In this document: in pieces, positions 44,540 to 55,183 of the stretch | Layout of the letters: each line of letters starts with the position of its first letter | Numbering within the stretch: the stretch's first letter is position 1 | NCBI GenBank assembly: GCA_038143065.1 | Contig: JAYQLI010000035.1 | Span: 1,248,894-1,312,893 of the forward strand | Direction: 5' to 3' | DNA length: 64,000 bases | Origin: Rhodospirillales bacterium | GTDB lineage: Bacteria; Pseudomonadota; Alphaproteobacteria; Bin95 | Program-made: the position numbers and the translations under genes | The notes under the pieces: model-generated | The model's database searches: none | The model's input: only the letters and a program-made list of their open reading frames with translations | What the model was told of the DNA's origin: nothing

Positions 44540-46827
44540 ATGACCCGTCCACTTGAAGGTATCACCATTCTTGATCTGTCTACTGGTAATGCCGGAGCAT
44601 TCGCCACAATGCTCCTATCTGATTGCGGTGCGAGAGTTTTACGAGCTGTTGGTAAGGCCAATCCCCTTTTTAGGGATGGCGGGTTTGTAATTTGGGATCG
44701 TGGCAAAGAAGCAATTGATCTAGACATTGATGCTCCTGGTGCCAAAGAAAAGATCGAAGCGTTGCTTGCTGAGGTAGATGTTCTAATCGAAGACTTTGCC
44801 CCTTCATCTCAACGCCAATTATTAGTGGATCGGGAGAGGATAAAGGCTCTAAACCCACGCATAGTGGCCTGTGCCATTACTGCTTACGGTCGTCATGGTC
44901 CATTAAAGGACGACTTGCCTATAGATGATCTTATTCTGGCTCGCTCTGGCGTACTGGGAGGGATGCCTGGGTTTCGAGAAGCGCCAATCCACACCGTACA
45001 CCCTCTCCCAAGTGTTGGAGCTGCTATTTTTGCATGTATTGGTGTTGCAGCCAGTCTACTTGCACGCGAAGAAACTGGCCGTGGGAGAATGGTTGAGACC
45101 TCATTACTGGCGGGCGCACTACTTTATCACCCCAAGGTTGAAGGCGAAGGCATAGCAAAGCATGTATTCCAAACCCACCCATCAGGATCTGCACCTTTCT
45201 ACAGTGTTTACGAGTGCCAAGATGGAAATTACATCCAACTCGGCTGTGTCCATGAAGGCTTCATAGCTCGCTGTGCCCACCTCATGGGGATTTCCGATTA
45301 CGTGAAGGAGCCCCGCTTCCTTCAGGGTCGAGGCGGAGCTACTCCTGAAGATGAGCAGGAAATGCGAGACTGCCTGACAGAAATAATGAAAACTCGAAAA
45401 GCAGATGAGTGGGCTGCTGCCCTGGAGGAGGCTGATGTTCCCTTTGCTCCGGCGAGACACGCGGAAGAAGGACTAGAGGACCCACAGGTCATTCACAACG
45501 GCATGGTAAAAACGCTTGAGGATCCTGACCAAGGCTCCGTAGTTCAGATGGGGACTCCAATTATATTTACCAAGACCGCTGTATCCCCCAAGGACCAAGG
45601 GCAGCCCATATTTCAGAAGCTCCTAGTGCAAAACGAACCACAAATAGTGTGATTACATCCGAGACTGTAGATCCCCCTCCCCTTCAAGGAGTTCGCATTT
45701 TGGAGATCACAAATCTAATAGCCGGACCAACTTGCGGCAGATTATTAGCTGACCTTGGGGCTGATGTGATAAAGTTAGAGCCTCCTGGGGGCGATATATC
45801 TAGACCAATAGGGCGAACATATTTCTATAACGTTAACTTTAACAAACGTTCTATTTGCTTTGATGCTTCAAAACCTGGAGCAAAGGCAGCAATCCAAAAA
45901 ATTGCAGCTACGTGTGATGCCGTGCTCGCAAATCTCAGACCAGGCGCCACCGAGCGCATGGGCTTAGGTCCAAGCGTAAACCCAAATTTAATAGAAATGC
46001 ATATTACAGGCTACGGATGGACAGGCCCATATTCAAAACGACCTGGCATCGATCCTTTGGCTCAGGCACTGATGGGGCTTCAACGCGCTCAAGGTGGCCC
46101 CGATAACCCACCGTCTTTCCCTGCTCAACTTGCTCCCACTGACTATACTACTGGAGCTCTTGGTGCCTTTGGCATGGTCACAGCGCTTTATCACTTAAAG
46201 CGAACTGGGGAACCACAGAGGATTGAAAGCAATCTTCTGAACGGGGGCGTTGTGCTATCATCCGCATGGTTTAGTCGCTATCGAGACAAACCTAAAAGAC
46301 CTTTAGCCGATCAACAACAATTTGGTCTTAATGCATATCATCGTCTCTACAAGACAAGTGATGGATGGATATATACTGCGGCTGATACTGAAGATCAGCG
46401 CATTGCATTGAAAAAATTCCTGGATCTTGTGAATTCAGATGATCAAGGGTTACAGCACCCAGCACGTTCACCATTTGCTGAGGCTGCTTCAGAACAATTT
46501 AAAACTATGACCACAAATTTAGCTCTACAAAGTCTCAAAAAAGCGGGCATACCTGCCGCTGAAGCACAGCCAGGTGACAGCCAATATTTTCTTCAAGACC
46601 AAAATTCTCATGACAATAATTTTGTGTGTGAACGCATCCACCCCAAAGTCGGCAAGATGCAAACTGCTTGGAATTATATACAGTTCAGTCAGACGGGTCT
46701 TACGGCTGGTAAACCCACTCCTCTGCTTGGAGAGCAAACAGCAGAAGTGCTTGCAGAGGCTGGTTTGGATCAAAGTGATATCAAAAATCTATTCATGTCG
46801 GGTGCCGCAATAGCAGAGGAGCCTTGA
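44540..46827 (+). CDS. Double-domain CaiB/BaiF (class III) CoA-transferase; frameshift near 45590
   Basis: Two tandem PL.G..ILD/E modules. The second ORF's frame is open back to about 45590, so the halves are fused. Confidence 0.82.
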
Positions 46828-46879
46828 TGAGACCTATTTTCAATGCAAAGCTCTGCTATCAGTATTTAAGGAGTCCAGT

Positions 46880-47497
46880 GTGGCAGATCCGTTAACTCTT
46901 GAAATCTTCACGGACTATGTTTGACCGTGGTGTTATCTCAGCACCGGGCGTGTTGAAAAACTCAAAGAGACCTTTGACATTCAAGTGAAGTGGGTACATT
47001 TCCCCCTCCACCCTGAAACACCGATGGAAGGCCGTTCATTAAAAGACCTTTTTGCCGGGCGCGATTACGATCCAGAGAAAATGTACCAGCAAATGAAAGT
47101 ACGTATGGATCAGGAGGGCCTCCCCTACGGCAAGCGCACTCACACCTACAATAGCAGGCTAGCTCAAGAATTGGGCGTTTGGGCTGACACACAAGTTGAC
47201 GGCGAAAAACTGCATGACCTCCTCTATCGAGCTTATTTCGTACATTCAAAAAATATTGGTGACATCAACGTACTAATAGATCTTGTTGCGGAGGCTGGCC
47301 TAGACGTTGGAGATGCAAAAAAAGCTCTTGAAGCTCGCAGCTTTAAAGAAGTTGTTGATGCTGACTGGAATAAATCAAAACAATATGGGGTAACTGGTGT
47401 ACCTACATTTGTAGCGAGCGGCTACGGAGTTGTTGGCGCTCAACCTTATGAAACCTTAGAAGCATTGTTAGATAAAGTAGGTGCGGTAAGACGATAG
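46880..47497 (+). CDS. DsbA/FrnE-family thiol-disulfide oxidoreductase, selenoprotein (UPWC; TGA at 46922-46924 = Sec15)
   Basis: RBS AAGGAG (46868-46873), then GTG start reading ...IFTDYV-TGA-PWCYLSTGR..., in frame with track ORF 46985-47497 (FPLHPETP, GVTGVPTF, GAQP). Confidence 0.88.
46938..46956 (+). promoter_or_regulatory. Putative bacterial SECIS element
   Basis: Stem TCAGCAC/GTGTTGA (one G-U pair) with loop CGGGC. The loop begins 20 nt after the UGA and has G at its second position. Confidence 0.6.
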
Positions 47498-47592
47498 GTA
47501 GAGAGCGGTTAGTTAAAACCGCGATCGCTGAGGATATCAAATTCGTCAAATTGCAACCAACCCATCAATGACCCCTGGGGCCATTTTCGTTC

Positions 47593-48438
47593 TCAAGAAT
47601 CTGCCTTCTTGAGGCCGTCATGTCTCAAACAGAAGTCCCTCAGCTGCTCGCAGCAGACCGCCGGAAATAGCAATTGGACCATGTGATAGTTCGTCGGGAG
47701 TTTCCGCATCGAGAAATCGGAGAGGCTGTTTCGCAAAAGTCTTTCTTGAGATTTTGACGTGATCTGACCCTCTCCCGGGTAGAGACCCAAGACCGGGACT
47801 TTTACGTCTTTCAGAATATCCGTAACGTTGGCTTGGTTGACAATGCCTGACATCCGGACCTGGAGGTCTGGATCGCCTTTGGAGAATTCGTTGACATACC
47901 ATTCATACAGACCGGGATTTTCATCAGCTGGCAAGCGAGTGATTTTGGTGGTTTCCGAAACCCACTTACGGATTCCAAGTTTTTCCATAGCCTCGATCCG
48001 AGAAGCATAGCCAAGAGCATAGCGCTCCTTCATTTCTTCTTCGATGAATACCGGTGTCGATACCAACGTTAGCGTCTTGATCAGTGATGGGTGCTGCGCA
48101 GCCAGAAGCAGTCCCAAGATACCACCCATTGATTCGCCACAGAAATGGACCTTATAAACCCCTAATGCACCGATGACTTTGAGCAAATCTTCGATAAGGC
48201 TTTCAACGCTGAGGTCGACAGCTGATCCATCAGCGAAAATGGACTTTCCCAACCCTCGCATGTCAGGTCGTACGATCCGGAAATCCCTGCTCAGATAAGG
48301 CACCCACTGATACCAAAACTGGGCGTTTCGTCCATTACCGTGCAACAAAATTAAAACCGGGCGGCGTTCCCAAGGGTCAGTGTGATCGTCGACCTCATAA
48401 TTGAGGGGGGTCCCATCATTTGCTTGGATCATAGGCAT
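47593..48438 (-). CDS. Alpha/beta hydrolase
   Basis: LLHGNGRN, PDMRGLGKS, GESMGG nucleophile elbow and C-terminal His (YHMV). Confidence 0.88.
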   Translation of the reverse strand: MPMIQANDGTPLNYEVDDHTDPWERRPVLILLHGNGRNAQFWYQWVPYLSRDFRIVRPDMRGLGKSIFADGSAVDLSVESLIEDLLKVIGALGVYKVHFCGESMGGILGLLLAAQHPSLIKTLTLVSTPVFIEEEMKERYALGYASRIEAMEKLGIRKWVSETTKITRLPADENPGLYEWYVNEFSKGDPDLQVRMSGIVNQANVTDILKDVKVPVLGLYPGEGQITSKSQERLLRNSLSDFSMRKLPTNYHMVQLLFPAVCCEQLRDFCLRHDGLKKADS

Positions 48439-48478
48439 AGCTGTTGACCCTTTTATTCGGGTGGTGCGCCAGCGTCGA

Positions 48479-48700
48479 TCACCGGAACAGCCAGCGAAGG
48501 TCGATAAGCGTCTGTAAAAGGCCCGCCGGCGACTATAGATTTAGTATATCCACCAATCCCAAGATAAACGCGACAGCTGCAATTTTGAGGGAGCTGATCC
48601 TCCGCCAGTCCCCTTTGGCCTGGATTTATATCAACAGAATGAAGAAGGTGATCCGCGCAATAAAGACCCCGGCAAATCGCTGTGGGCCTATCCATGTTTC
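48479..48700 (-). pseudogene. Degraded C-terminal remnant of a membrane protein (TctB-like tripartite transporter subunit)
   Basis: Minus frame reads ...FAGVFIARITFFILLI*IQAKGDWRRISSLKIAAVAFILGLVDILNL*SPAGLLQTLIDLRWLFR*, with two internal stops and no start. Confidence 0.4.
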
Positions 48701-49920
48701 TCATTTTCAACTTTCTTTAGATTGCTTTGTCCGTTTCGCATTCCGAGTACCAGCGCACCAACACCCACCAACACACATGCACTTAATGTTAAGAAGGCTA
48801 AGCCCCACGCGAAAGGATCAAACCTTCCACCGCCAATATCGAGCATAAATCCAAAGAGTACTGGACCAATTAAACTACCCAAGGCATTAGCAAACGCCAT
48901 CAAAGTTACTGCTGCGCCGCGCCTACCGGTTTTCGCTACCTCAGCAGCTCCGCCATTTAGAGCACCTGAGTCCGCAAGGACAAAAATATTATGCATCAAA
49001 ACTAGAAAAACAAATAACCAGAGCGGGCCTTCAATCGCAAAACCAACAGCCCCACATGCCAATGCCGACAACGCCATTGCTACTGCAGAGGCATATGCAA
49101 ATCCCTTTCTATGGCCAAGTTCACCACCAACCATACTACAAGGCATGCCAATCAATACTAGAACGGTGGCAATGACTAGTATGGTTTCATGATCTAACCA
49201 CGACCATCGCTCACTTACGACTACGAGCATGACAACGGTCCAACCACGAACAGCCAATAACTCCACGGTATGCATAGTTGCGGCAATTATAAAACCACGC
49301 ATTCGTGGATCCAAAAACTCGTCTCTGAAGTCGAAAAGTGCTCTCCTTGGACCACTGGCAACTTCAGGCTCTGATGTTTTCAAAAAGGTGAATATCAGAA
49401 AGAAAGCAAAGGCGTTTGTTACCGTTGGCAAAATAAAAGCTGCACGCCAGCCAAAAGAGTCTGCGAGGAGACCCGCTATTATAATTGAAAAGCTAGTAGT
49501 TGTTGCGAAACTAGAAACATAGATAGAAGCACCTCGCCCTCTTTGTTCTGGAGACACGCGATCAGTAATAGCTTTAACACCTGGCATATATGTAAAAGCA
49601 AAACCAATACCTTGAAGCACCCGAAAAGCTACAGCACTCCAAAGCCCATCCGCGAGCAACGCAAAGCCTAAGTACCCAATCACATTAAAAAGTGTTCCCG
49701 CAAGCAATAGACGCTTTGCGTCTATCCTCTCCGAAAAAGCAATGATTGGCACCGCCGCCACATAAGCAAGGTATTGAGAGCTATTAAGCCAACCAGCTTC
49801 AGTATTTGTTAGGCTCCAAATTTCAATGAATGTTGGCAACAGTGCCGCCATAGCATGCAGGCCTGACAATGTCAGACCAAGATAGATACACATCAAAACT
49901 AGAAGGTGGCTGAAAGACAT
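48688..49920 (-). CDS. MFS transporter
   Basis: About 12 hydrophobic segments; SERIDAKR, FRVLQGIG...YMPG and GWRAAF. Confidence 0.9.
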   Translation of the reverse strand: MSFSHLLVLMCIYLGLTLSGLHAMAALLPTFIEIWSLTNTEAGWLNSSQYLAYVAAVPIIAFSERIDAKRLLLAGTLFNVIGYLGFALLADGLWSAVAFRVLQGIGFAFTYMPGVKAITDRVSPEQRGRGASIYVSSFATTTSFSIIIAGLLADSFGWRAAFILPTVTNAFAFFLIFTFLKTSEPEVASGPRRALFDFRDEFLDPRMRGFIIAATMHTVELLAVRGWTVVMLVVVSERWSWLDHETILVIATVLVLIGMPCSMVGGELGHRKGFAYASAVAMALSALACGAVGFAIEGPLWLFVFLVLMHNIFVLADSGALNGGAAEVAKTGRRGAAVTLMAFANALGSLIGPVLFGFMLDIGGGRFDPFAWGLAFLTLSACVLVGVGALVLGMRNGQSNLKKVENEKHG

Positions 49921-49951
49921 TTAAGGCGAGAAAAATTCTTAGTTCAAATTG

Positions 49952-51103
49952 CTAAAATAAAATTTTACTTGCTATCTCAGCACCCTTAGCCATTGAACGG
50001 AATTTCGACCAAACAACACTTGGGGCAACACGCCCTAAACCAGCAGAAGTATCGAAACCACAATCAGTACAAGCTATCACTCGCCCCGGATCGCCTATTG
50101 CTCTAGCTACATTTTCTAATCTGTCCGCAACGACCTGTTCGTGCTCAACAAAGTTGGTGAGAGTATCAATCACCCCCGCAGCTATGAACTGATTATCTTT
50201 TGGCGGGCTATCCCTCAGCACTCGCCATTCGTGAGCATGCCTGGGATTGGCAAATGGCAAAACAAAACCACCAACAGGTGCTTGCTTTACGATGTGCCAA
50301 AAGTCACCAAGAGGTGTGTCGTGATCATGGGGTGATTCTACATTACCCCAACATAGGTGCAGACGTATCCGATCTGACGGCAAACCCTCTATAGCCTGAG
50401 CGATGGCATGTATAGCTCGCTCAACAAACTCAAGGAATTCCTTAGGACGTCCATTATAGGTTAAATGGCCTTCTAAACCGAGCTCGGGACAATCCAATTG
50501 AAGATCATGACCATGAGCAAGAATGATTTCGTATTCGACTCTCAGTGCCTTAGCAAGATCGGCCAAATAAGCCTCTTCATTATCATAGAACTCGTTCTTC
50601 ATTGCTGCACAGACAATGCCAGGTGAAGGCGCAGTTAGAAAAGTTCGAGTAAACTCATAATTCTTACTTTTGAGAGCTTCATCAAAATCTGAACACTCTT
50701 GCTCACATGCTTCCGGTTTCGCATGAGAAATTGCTCCGATAGCCTTTGGCGGCTCCATATTTGAAACGACAGGTCGAAGTGATGCCTGCTCTTTCATCAT
50801 CTCAGCAAAGTCCGGATGACTGATCAGTTCTGCCCTCGGGGGGCGTGTCCAACGGCCACCAAGACCTGTCAGACGATGTCGAAGATAAAGAAAAAACGCC
50901 TCTCGTTGTTGTTCACCATTGTTGGCAATATCTACTCCATTTTCCGACTGCTGCTCTAAAACATGAAAAAGAGCATCGCGCCCCGCCTAATTTAACTCTG
51001 CAGTATTAACCTCGCCACCTTGGGCACTTCTGGCATAAAGGCCTGTAAGCGCCAACGGACGAGGCAGGCTGCCTGCATGTGTGGTCAAGATACGGTCCAA
51101 CAT
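49952..51103 (-). CDS. Cobalamin-independent methionine synthase II / epoxyalkane:CoM transferase-like protein; in-frame TAG at codon 39
   Basis: MLDRILTTHAGSLPRP...N*AG...GVDIANNGEQQR, in frame with ORF 49952-50800 (LQLDCPEL, HLCWGN, ANPRH, GVID, TDCGF). Confidence 0.85.
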
Positions 51104-51353
51104 AAAAAAATCTCCAAAACACTCGTAATGAAATTATAGAATTTATTTTTGGTAACACAGAAGTGTTTTTGAAAAGCGTAGTCTTTAACTAATCAATATC
51201 AGAATTGTTTCTTAAAGTTGGTATAATAGCATCTCTATCGTGCAGTGGAGAGGCAAGAAGTGAGGAAGTTGAGCCTTTGGGTTTGACAACACAATCAAAA
51301 CGCGCCCTCCTAGCGACTGAGGGAAAAACGAAACCTTTAAAGTAGAGATGTAA

Positions 51354-52112
51354 ATGTCCGATATTTCAAAAATCGCTATAGTTACTGGGGCAGGATCAGG
51401 TATTGGCCGAGCGTCCGCATTGGCACTTCTTGCCAATGGCTGGTCGGTAGTTTTGGCTGGCCGGCGAGAAGAAGCTCTAGCCGAAACTATGTCTGAGGCT
51501 GGTCCAATGAGCGCAAAGGCGCTGCCAATAGCGACGGATGTAACAGACCCTGATTCAGTAAAGGACCTTTTTAACGCGGTTAAGACAAAATTTGGACGAC
51601 TGGACTTTTTATTTAATAATGCGGGAGGCGGCTCACCTCCAGACCCGTTTGAGGAAATCTCTTTAGAAACTTGGCAACGTGTATTGAATGTAAACCTCAC
51701 TGGTCCATTCTTATGCTCTCAGGAAGCTTTCCGGATCATGAAGGATCAAAGTCCTAGAGGCGGCAGGATTGTTAACAACGGTTCAATCTCTGCTCATGTT
51801 CCACGTCCTTTTTCAGCTCCATACACCTCCACTAAACACGCCATTACTGGCCTGACGAAAGCCACGTCCTTAGATGGTCGCGCTTATGATATTTGTGTGG
51901 GCCAGATAGACATTGGAAATGCTGCAACACCAATGACCCAGAGGATGCAAACTGGAGTACTTCAACCTGACGGCACAACACGTATCGAAGCCACTATGGA
52001 CGTTAAGGCTGTAGCAGATGCAATTGTCTATATGGCCAACCTTCCATTAGACGCCAACGTTCATACAATGACAGTTATGGCTAGCAAAATGCCATATGTT
52101 GGTCGCGGCTAA
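51354..52112 (+). CDS. SDR family oxidoreductase
   Basis: [19 protein letters not shown] and YTSTKHA. Confidence 0.92.
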   Translation: MSDISKIAIVTGAGSGIGRASALALLANGWSVVLAGRREEALAETMSEAGPMSAKALPIATDVTDPDSVKDLFNAVKTKFGRLDFLFNNAGGGSPPDPFEEISLETWQRVLNVNLTGPFLCSQEAFRIMKDQSPRGGRIVNNGSISAHVPRPFSAPYTSTKHAITGLTKATSLDGRAYDICVGQIDIGNAATPMTQRMQTGVLQPDGTTRIEATMDVKAVADAIVYMANLPLDANVHTMTVMASKMPYVGRG

Positions 52113-52127
52113 AAGAAAGCCAAAGGA

Positions 52128-53072
52128 ATGAATGAAACAAAAGACCCGGGCACGTCTCGAGCGCTTTGGTATACCGGTGCACCACTTGACCGATTATCTC
52201 ACAGGCGAGCCGATGACGGCTGGATGAATAATAAGCTTTATGATCCACAAAGTCGGATAGTTGCAGTTTGGCGAGATAAAAGCCTGGTTCACAATGAAAA
52301 AGAAGGTGCCTTTTTGCCTACAGTGGGTGAGGCCAAGGAACTTCTAGATACTGGACGCTTCCATAGCTTTTTGGGCGTGAAAGAGGGAATTGCATATTTT
52401 GGGATTGATTTATCCCATCATGAGGATCCGTATCAGGCACATCCACACATTGATAATAATGGCACGTTTGAAGATCTTCGTGCCGTTGGCCCATCTCTAG
52501 AACAGCATGAAGGATCAATACTAGCGCACGCCCGAGGGCTAATGTTTTGGCATAAGCGCAATGGTTATTGCGGCGTATGCGGTGCTGAAACCCAACCTGA
52601 AAAAGCTGGCAGTCAACGCCGATGTACTAATGTGGACTGCAACACAGAACACTTTCCGCGCACTGATCCAGCTGTGATTATGCTTGTTTATAAGGGCGAT
52701 AAATGTCTCCTAGGGCGCACCCGTAATTTTATTCCCCAAATGTACTCAACCCTTGCAGGCTTTGTAGAACCTGGTGAGAGCCTGGAAGAGGCGGTTGCGC
52801 GAGAAGTATTAGAAGAAACGGCTGTGATCGTAGACCCAGCAAAGGTTCGCTATTGGGCGTCCCAGCCTTGGCCCTTCCCTGCATCTCTTATGTTGGGCTT
52901 CCACGCTGAAGCTGACAGTGAAGAAATAATGGTGGACGAAGAGGAACTTGAGGAAGCACGCTGGATTCATAAAAGCCAACTTAGTCACTTAGAAGATTTT
53001 GATATGCGGTTGCCACGTCGTGACTCAATTGCATACAGACTCATCGTCTCTTGGATGAATGGTGAGGCCTAA
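52128..53072 (+). CDS. nudC: NADH pyrophosphatase / NAD-cap decapping enzyme
   Basis: CGVCG...C....C zinc ribbon, FPRTDPAVI, Nudix box GFVEPGESLEEAVAREVLEE and SQPWPFP. Confidence 0.94.
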   Translation: MNETKDPGTSRALWYTGAPLDRLSHRRADDGWMNNKLYDPQSRIVAVWRDKSLVHNEKEGAFLPTVGEAKELLDTGRFHSFLGVKEGIAYFGIDLSHHEDPYQAHPHIDNNGTFEDLRAVGPSLEQHEGSILAHARGLMFWHKRNGYCGVCGAETQPEKAGSQRRCTNVDCNTEHFPRTDPAVIMLVYKGDKCLLGRTRNFIPQMYSTLAGFVEPGESLEEAVAREVLEETAVIVDPAKVRYWASQPWPFPASLMLGFHAEADSEEIMVDEEELEEARWIHKSQLSHLEDFDMRLPRRDSIAYRLIVSWMNGEA

Positions 53073-53087
53073 AAAAAGGACTAATTC

Positions 53088-53849
53088 ATGCGTCTTCAAA
53101 ATAAAATTGCCCTGATAACTGGTGGAGCTTCTGGATTTGGGGAAGCTATTGCCAAGCAATACGCAGCAGAAGGTGCTGCGGTAATGGTGACTGACCTCGA
53201 TCCCGTTGGCGCACGGCGCGTTGCAACTGAGATCAACTCATCAGGAGGGCGCGCCGAGAGTCATCAAGCAGACGTTACAAAAGCTGCTGATGTAGAGGCC
53301 ATGACTGAAGCTACGATTAAGGCGTTTGGTGGATTGGATATCCTCGTAAACAATGCCGGAGTACCGCAACGGATTGGTCGATTTGAAACCGTATTGGAAG
53401 ACGCAATAGATCGTATCTTTGACGTTAATGTAAAAAGCTGGCTTAAAACTACCCGAGCTGCATTACCACACCTAGAGGCACGTGGCGGCGGATCAATTGT
53501 AAATACAGCATCAATTGCGGGGCTTAGACCTAGACCTGGTGCAGCTTGGTACAACGCATCTAAAGCAGCGGCATGCAGCCTTACTATTTCTATGGCTTCG
53601 GAACTTGGCGAAAAAAATATTCGTGTAAATGCTCTATGCCCAGTGGCTGCTGAAACTCCTTTATTTGAAGAGGTAGTAGGCGGTCAAATCACTGATGAAG
53701 ACCGGCAAAGATTTATTTCAGGTATTCCCTTAGGGCGGCTTGCAACCCCAGCAGATGTTGCCGGAGCTGCTGTTTATCTCGCTTCAGATGATGCTCAATT
53801 CTTAACGGGAGTCCTCCTACCGATAGATGGTGGACGAACGACGCTTTAA
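53088..53849 (+). CDS. SDR family oxidoreductase (FabG-like)
   Basis: TGGASGFG, NNAG and YNASK. Confidence 0.92.
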   Translation: MRLQNKIALITGGASGFGEAIAKQYAAEGAAVMVTDLDPVGARRVATEINSSGGRAESHQADVTKAADVEAMTEATIKAFGGLDILVNNAGVPQRIGRFETVLEDAIDRIFDVNVKSWLKTTRAALPHLEARGGGSIVNTASIAGLRPRPGAAWYNASKAAACSLTISMASELGEKNIRVNALCPVAAETPLFEEVVGGQITDEDRQRFISGIPLGRLATPADVAGAAVYLASDDAQFLTGVLLPIDGGRTTL

Positions 53850-53871
53850 TATTTCATGGAGAAAGCTTCAA

Positions 53872-54789
53872 ATGAGTGAAGTATCGGCTTTTATCGGTAT
53901 TGGTCGTATGGGCGCCCCAATGGCGCGAAATCTAGCTAGAAACGCCAATACTCTTGGAAGAAGAGTGCGGGTCTACGATAAGTCAGCATCAGCGATAGCT
54001 GCCTGCAAAGATGCTGGTGCAGATGCAGCGGGGTCACTTAGTGAAGCAGTTGATGGTGCAAATGTAATTTTTTCAATGGTACCAGCCGGCCCAGACGTGC
54101 GTTCATTATACATGGACGAAGGTGGTATCTTTGACACCGCCGCCAAGGGAGCACTCCTTATTGATTGCTCAACCATCGACGTTGCAACGGCTCAAGAAGT
54201 AGCACAAGCAGCACGTGAAAGGGGCTTTCGTATGCTTGATGCTCCAGTCTCAGGCGGGGTTGCTGGAGCTGAAGCCGCAACCATAACTTTTATGGTTGGG
54301 GGTGAAGCGAGTGATTTGGAAGAAGTTCGACCGCAACTAGAAAAGATGGGGGCTAAAATTGTCCATTGTGGCCCTTCTGGCATGGGAGAGGCCGCAAAGA
54401 TCTGTAATAACATGATAACAGGCATTTCAGCAGTTGCTGTTGCCGAAAGTTATGCAATTGGGCAACGCCTCGGTCTTGATCCAAAAATTTTGTATGATGT
54501 AGTTTCTACCAGCTCAGGACAAACCAACATTGGCACACGCAATCCCCCAATTGCGGGAATTGTTGAGACAGCTTCAGCTAACCGTGATTTTGAGCCCGGC
54601 TTCACCATCGCATTAATGTTGAAAGATCTTAGACTTTCCCAAGCTGCAGCAAAGCAGGTTGACCAAGCAAGCCCTGTCGGTGCGGCAGCAGCTGAAATTT
54701 TTGCCCTCGCGGCCAATGCTGGTCTTGCACATCTTGATACAGCGGGCGTCTTCAGACTAATCGCAGGCAACCAGCCGCCTCCAAAATGA
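53872..54789 (+). CDS. mmsB: 3-hydroxyisobutyrate dehydrogenase
   Basis: FIGIGRMG, IDCSTID, DAPVSGGV.GA, AKICNNM and LMLKDL. Confidence 0.82.
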   Translation: MSEVSAFIGIGRMGAPMARNLARNANTLGRRVRVYDKSASAIAACKDAGADAAGSLSEAVDGANVIFSMVPAGPDVRSLYMDEGGIFDTAAKGALLIDCSTIDVATAQEVAQAARERGFRMLDAPVSGGVAGAEAATITFMVGGEASDLEEVRPQLEKMGAKIVHCGPSGMGEAAKICNNMITGISAVAVAESYAIGQRLGLDPKILYDVVSTSSGQTNIGTRNPPIAGIVETASANRDFEPGFTIALMLKDLRLSQAAAKQVDQASPVGAAAAEIFALAANAGLAHLDTAGVFRLIAGNQPPPK

Positions 54790-54832
54790 CGCCTATGTGC
54801 TACATTTGCTAATACCTTTTTCAGAAAAGCTT

Positions 54833-55170
54833 TTAGGCCTGAATGCTGACAACTACTGCTGCACTAGCAATTACAGCAACGTCATCTCCAGAGTCGTCGT
54901 AGATATCAAGCCCCCCTTTTCGGCAGACACTTTTACTTGTCCAATTGGAAAACGTGCCTCCACAGCAGCAAGATCAACTTCCTCAGGCTTTTGCACCCCG
55001 ACCATAACTTCAACTATTAGCTTTGACGTATCAACATCTAACGTTCGGACGAAAGTCATAGAGCTATGATGGAGAGCGTCGTCACAGGCCCGAATTGCAG
55101 CTTTTGTGTAATCACCTCCATGCAAGTCATTACCTGCGCCCATCTCTACAATAATGCGCTTTTTTGACAT
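54833..55170 (-). CDS. Lin0512-family protein (copy B); frameshift near 54905
   Basis: RIIVEMGAGNDLHGGDYTKAAIRA..DALHHSS, FPIG, GGL and restored AVIASAAVVV. Confidence 0.85.
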
Positions 55171-55183
55171 GCTATTTCCTTTA

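Noticed and set aside
50987-50989. Pyrrolysine at the TAG in the MetE-like gene
   Set aside because: It is not at a catalytic position, not a methylamine methyltransferase, and there are no pyl genes in the window. Kept only as a low-ranked finding.
51104-51353. SAM or cobalamin riboswitch upstream of the MetE-like gene
   Set aside because: AT-rich sequence with no recognisable B12-box or SAM-II/SAM-V consensus.
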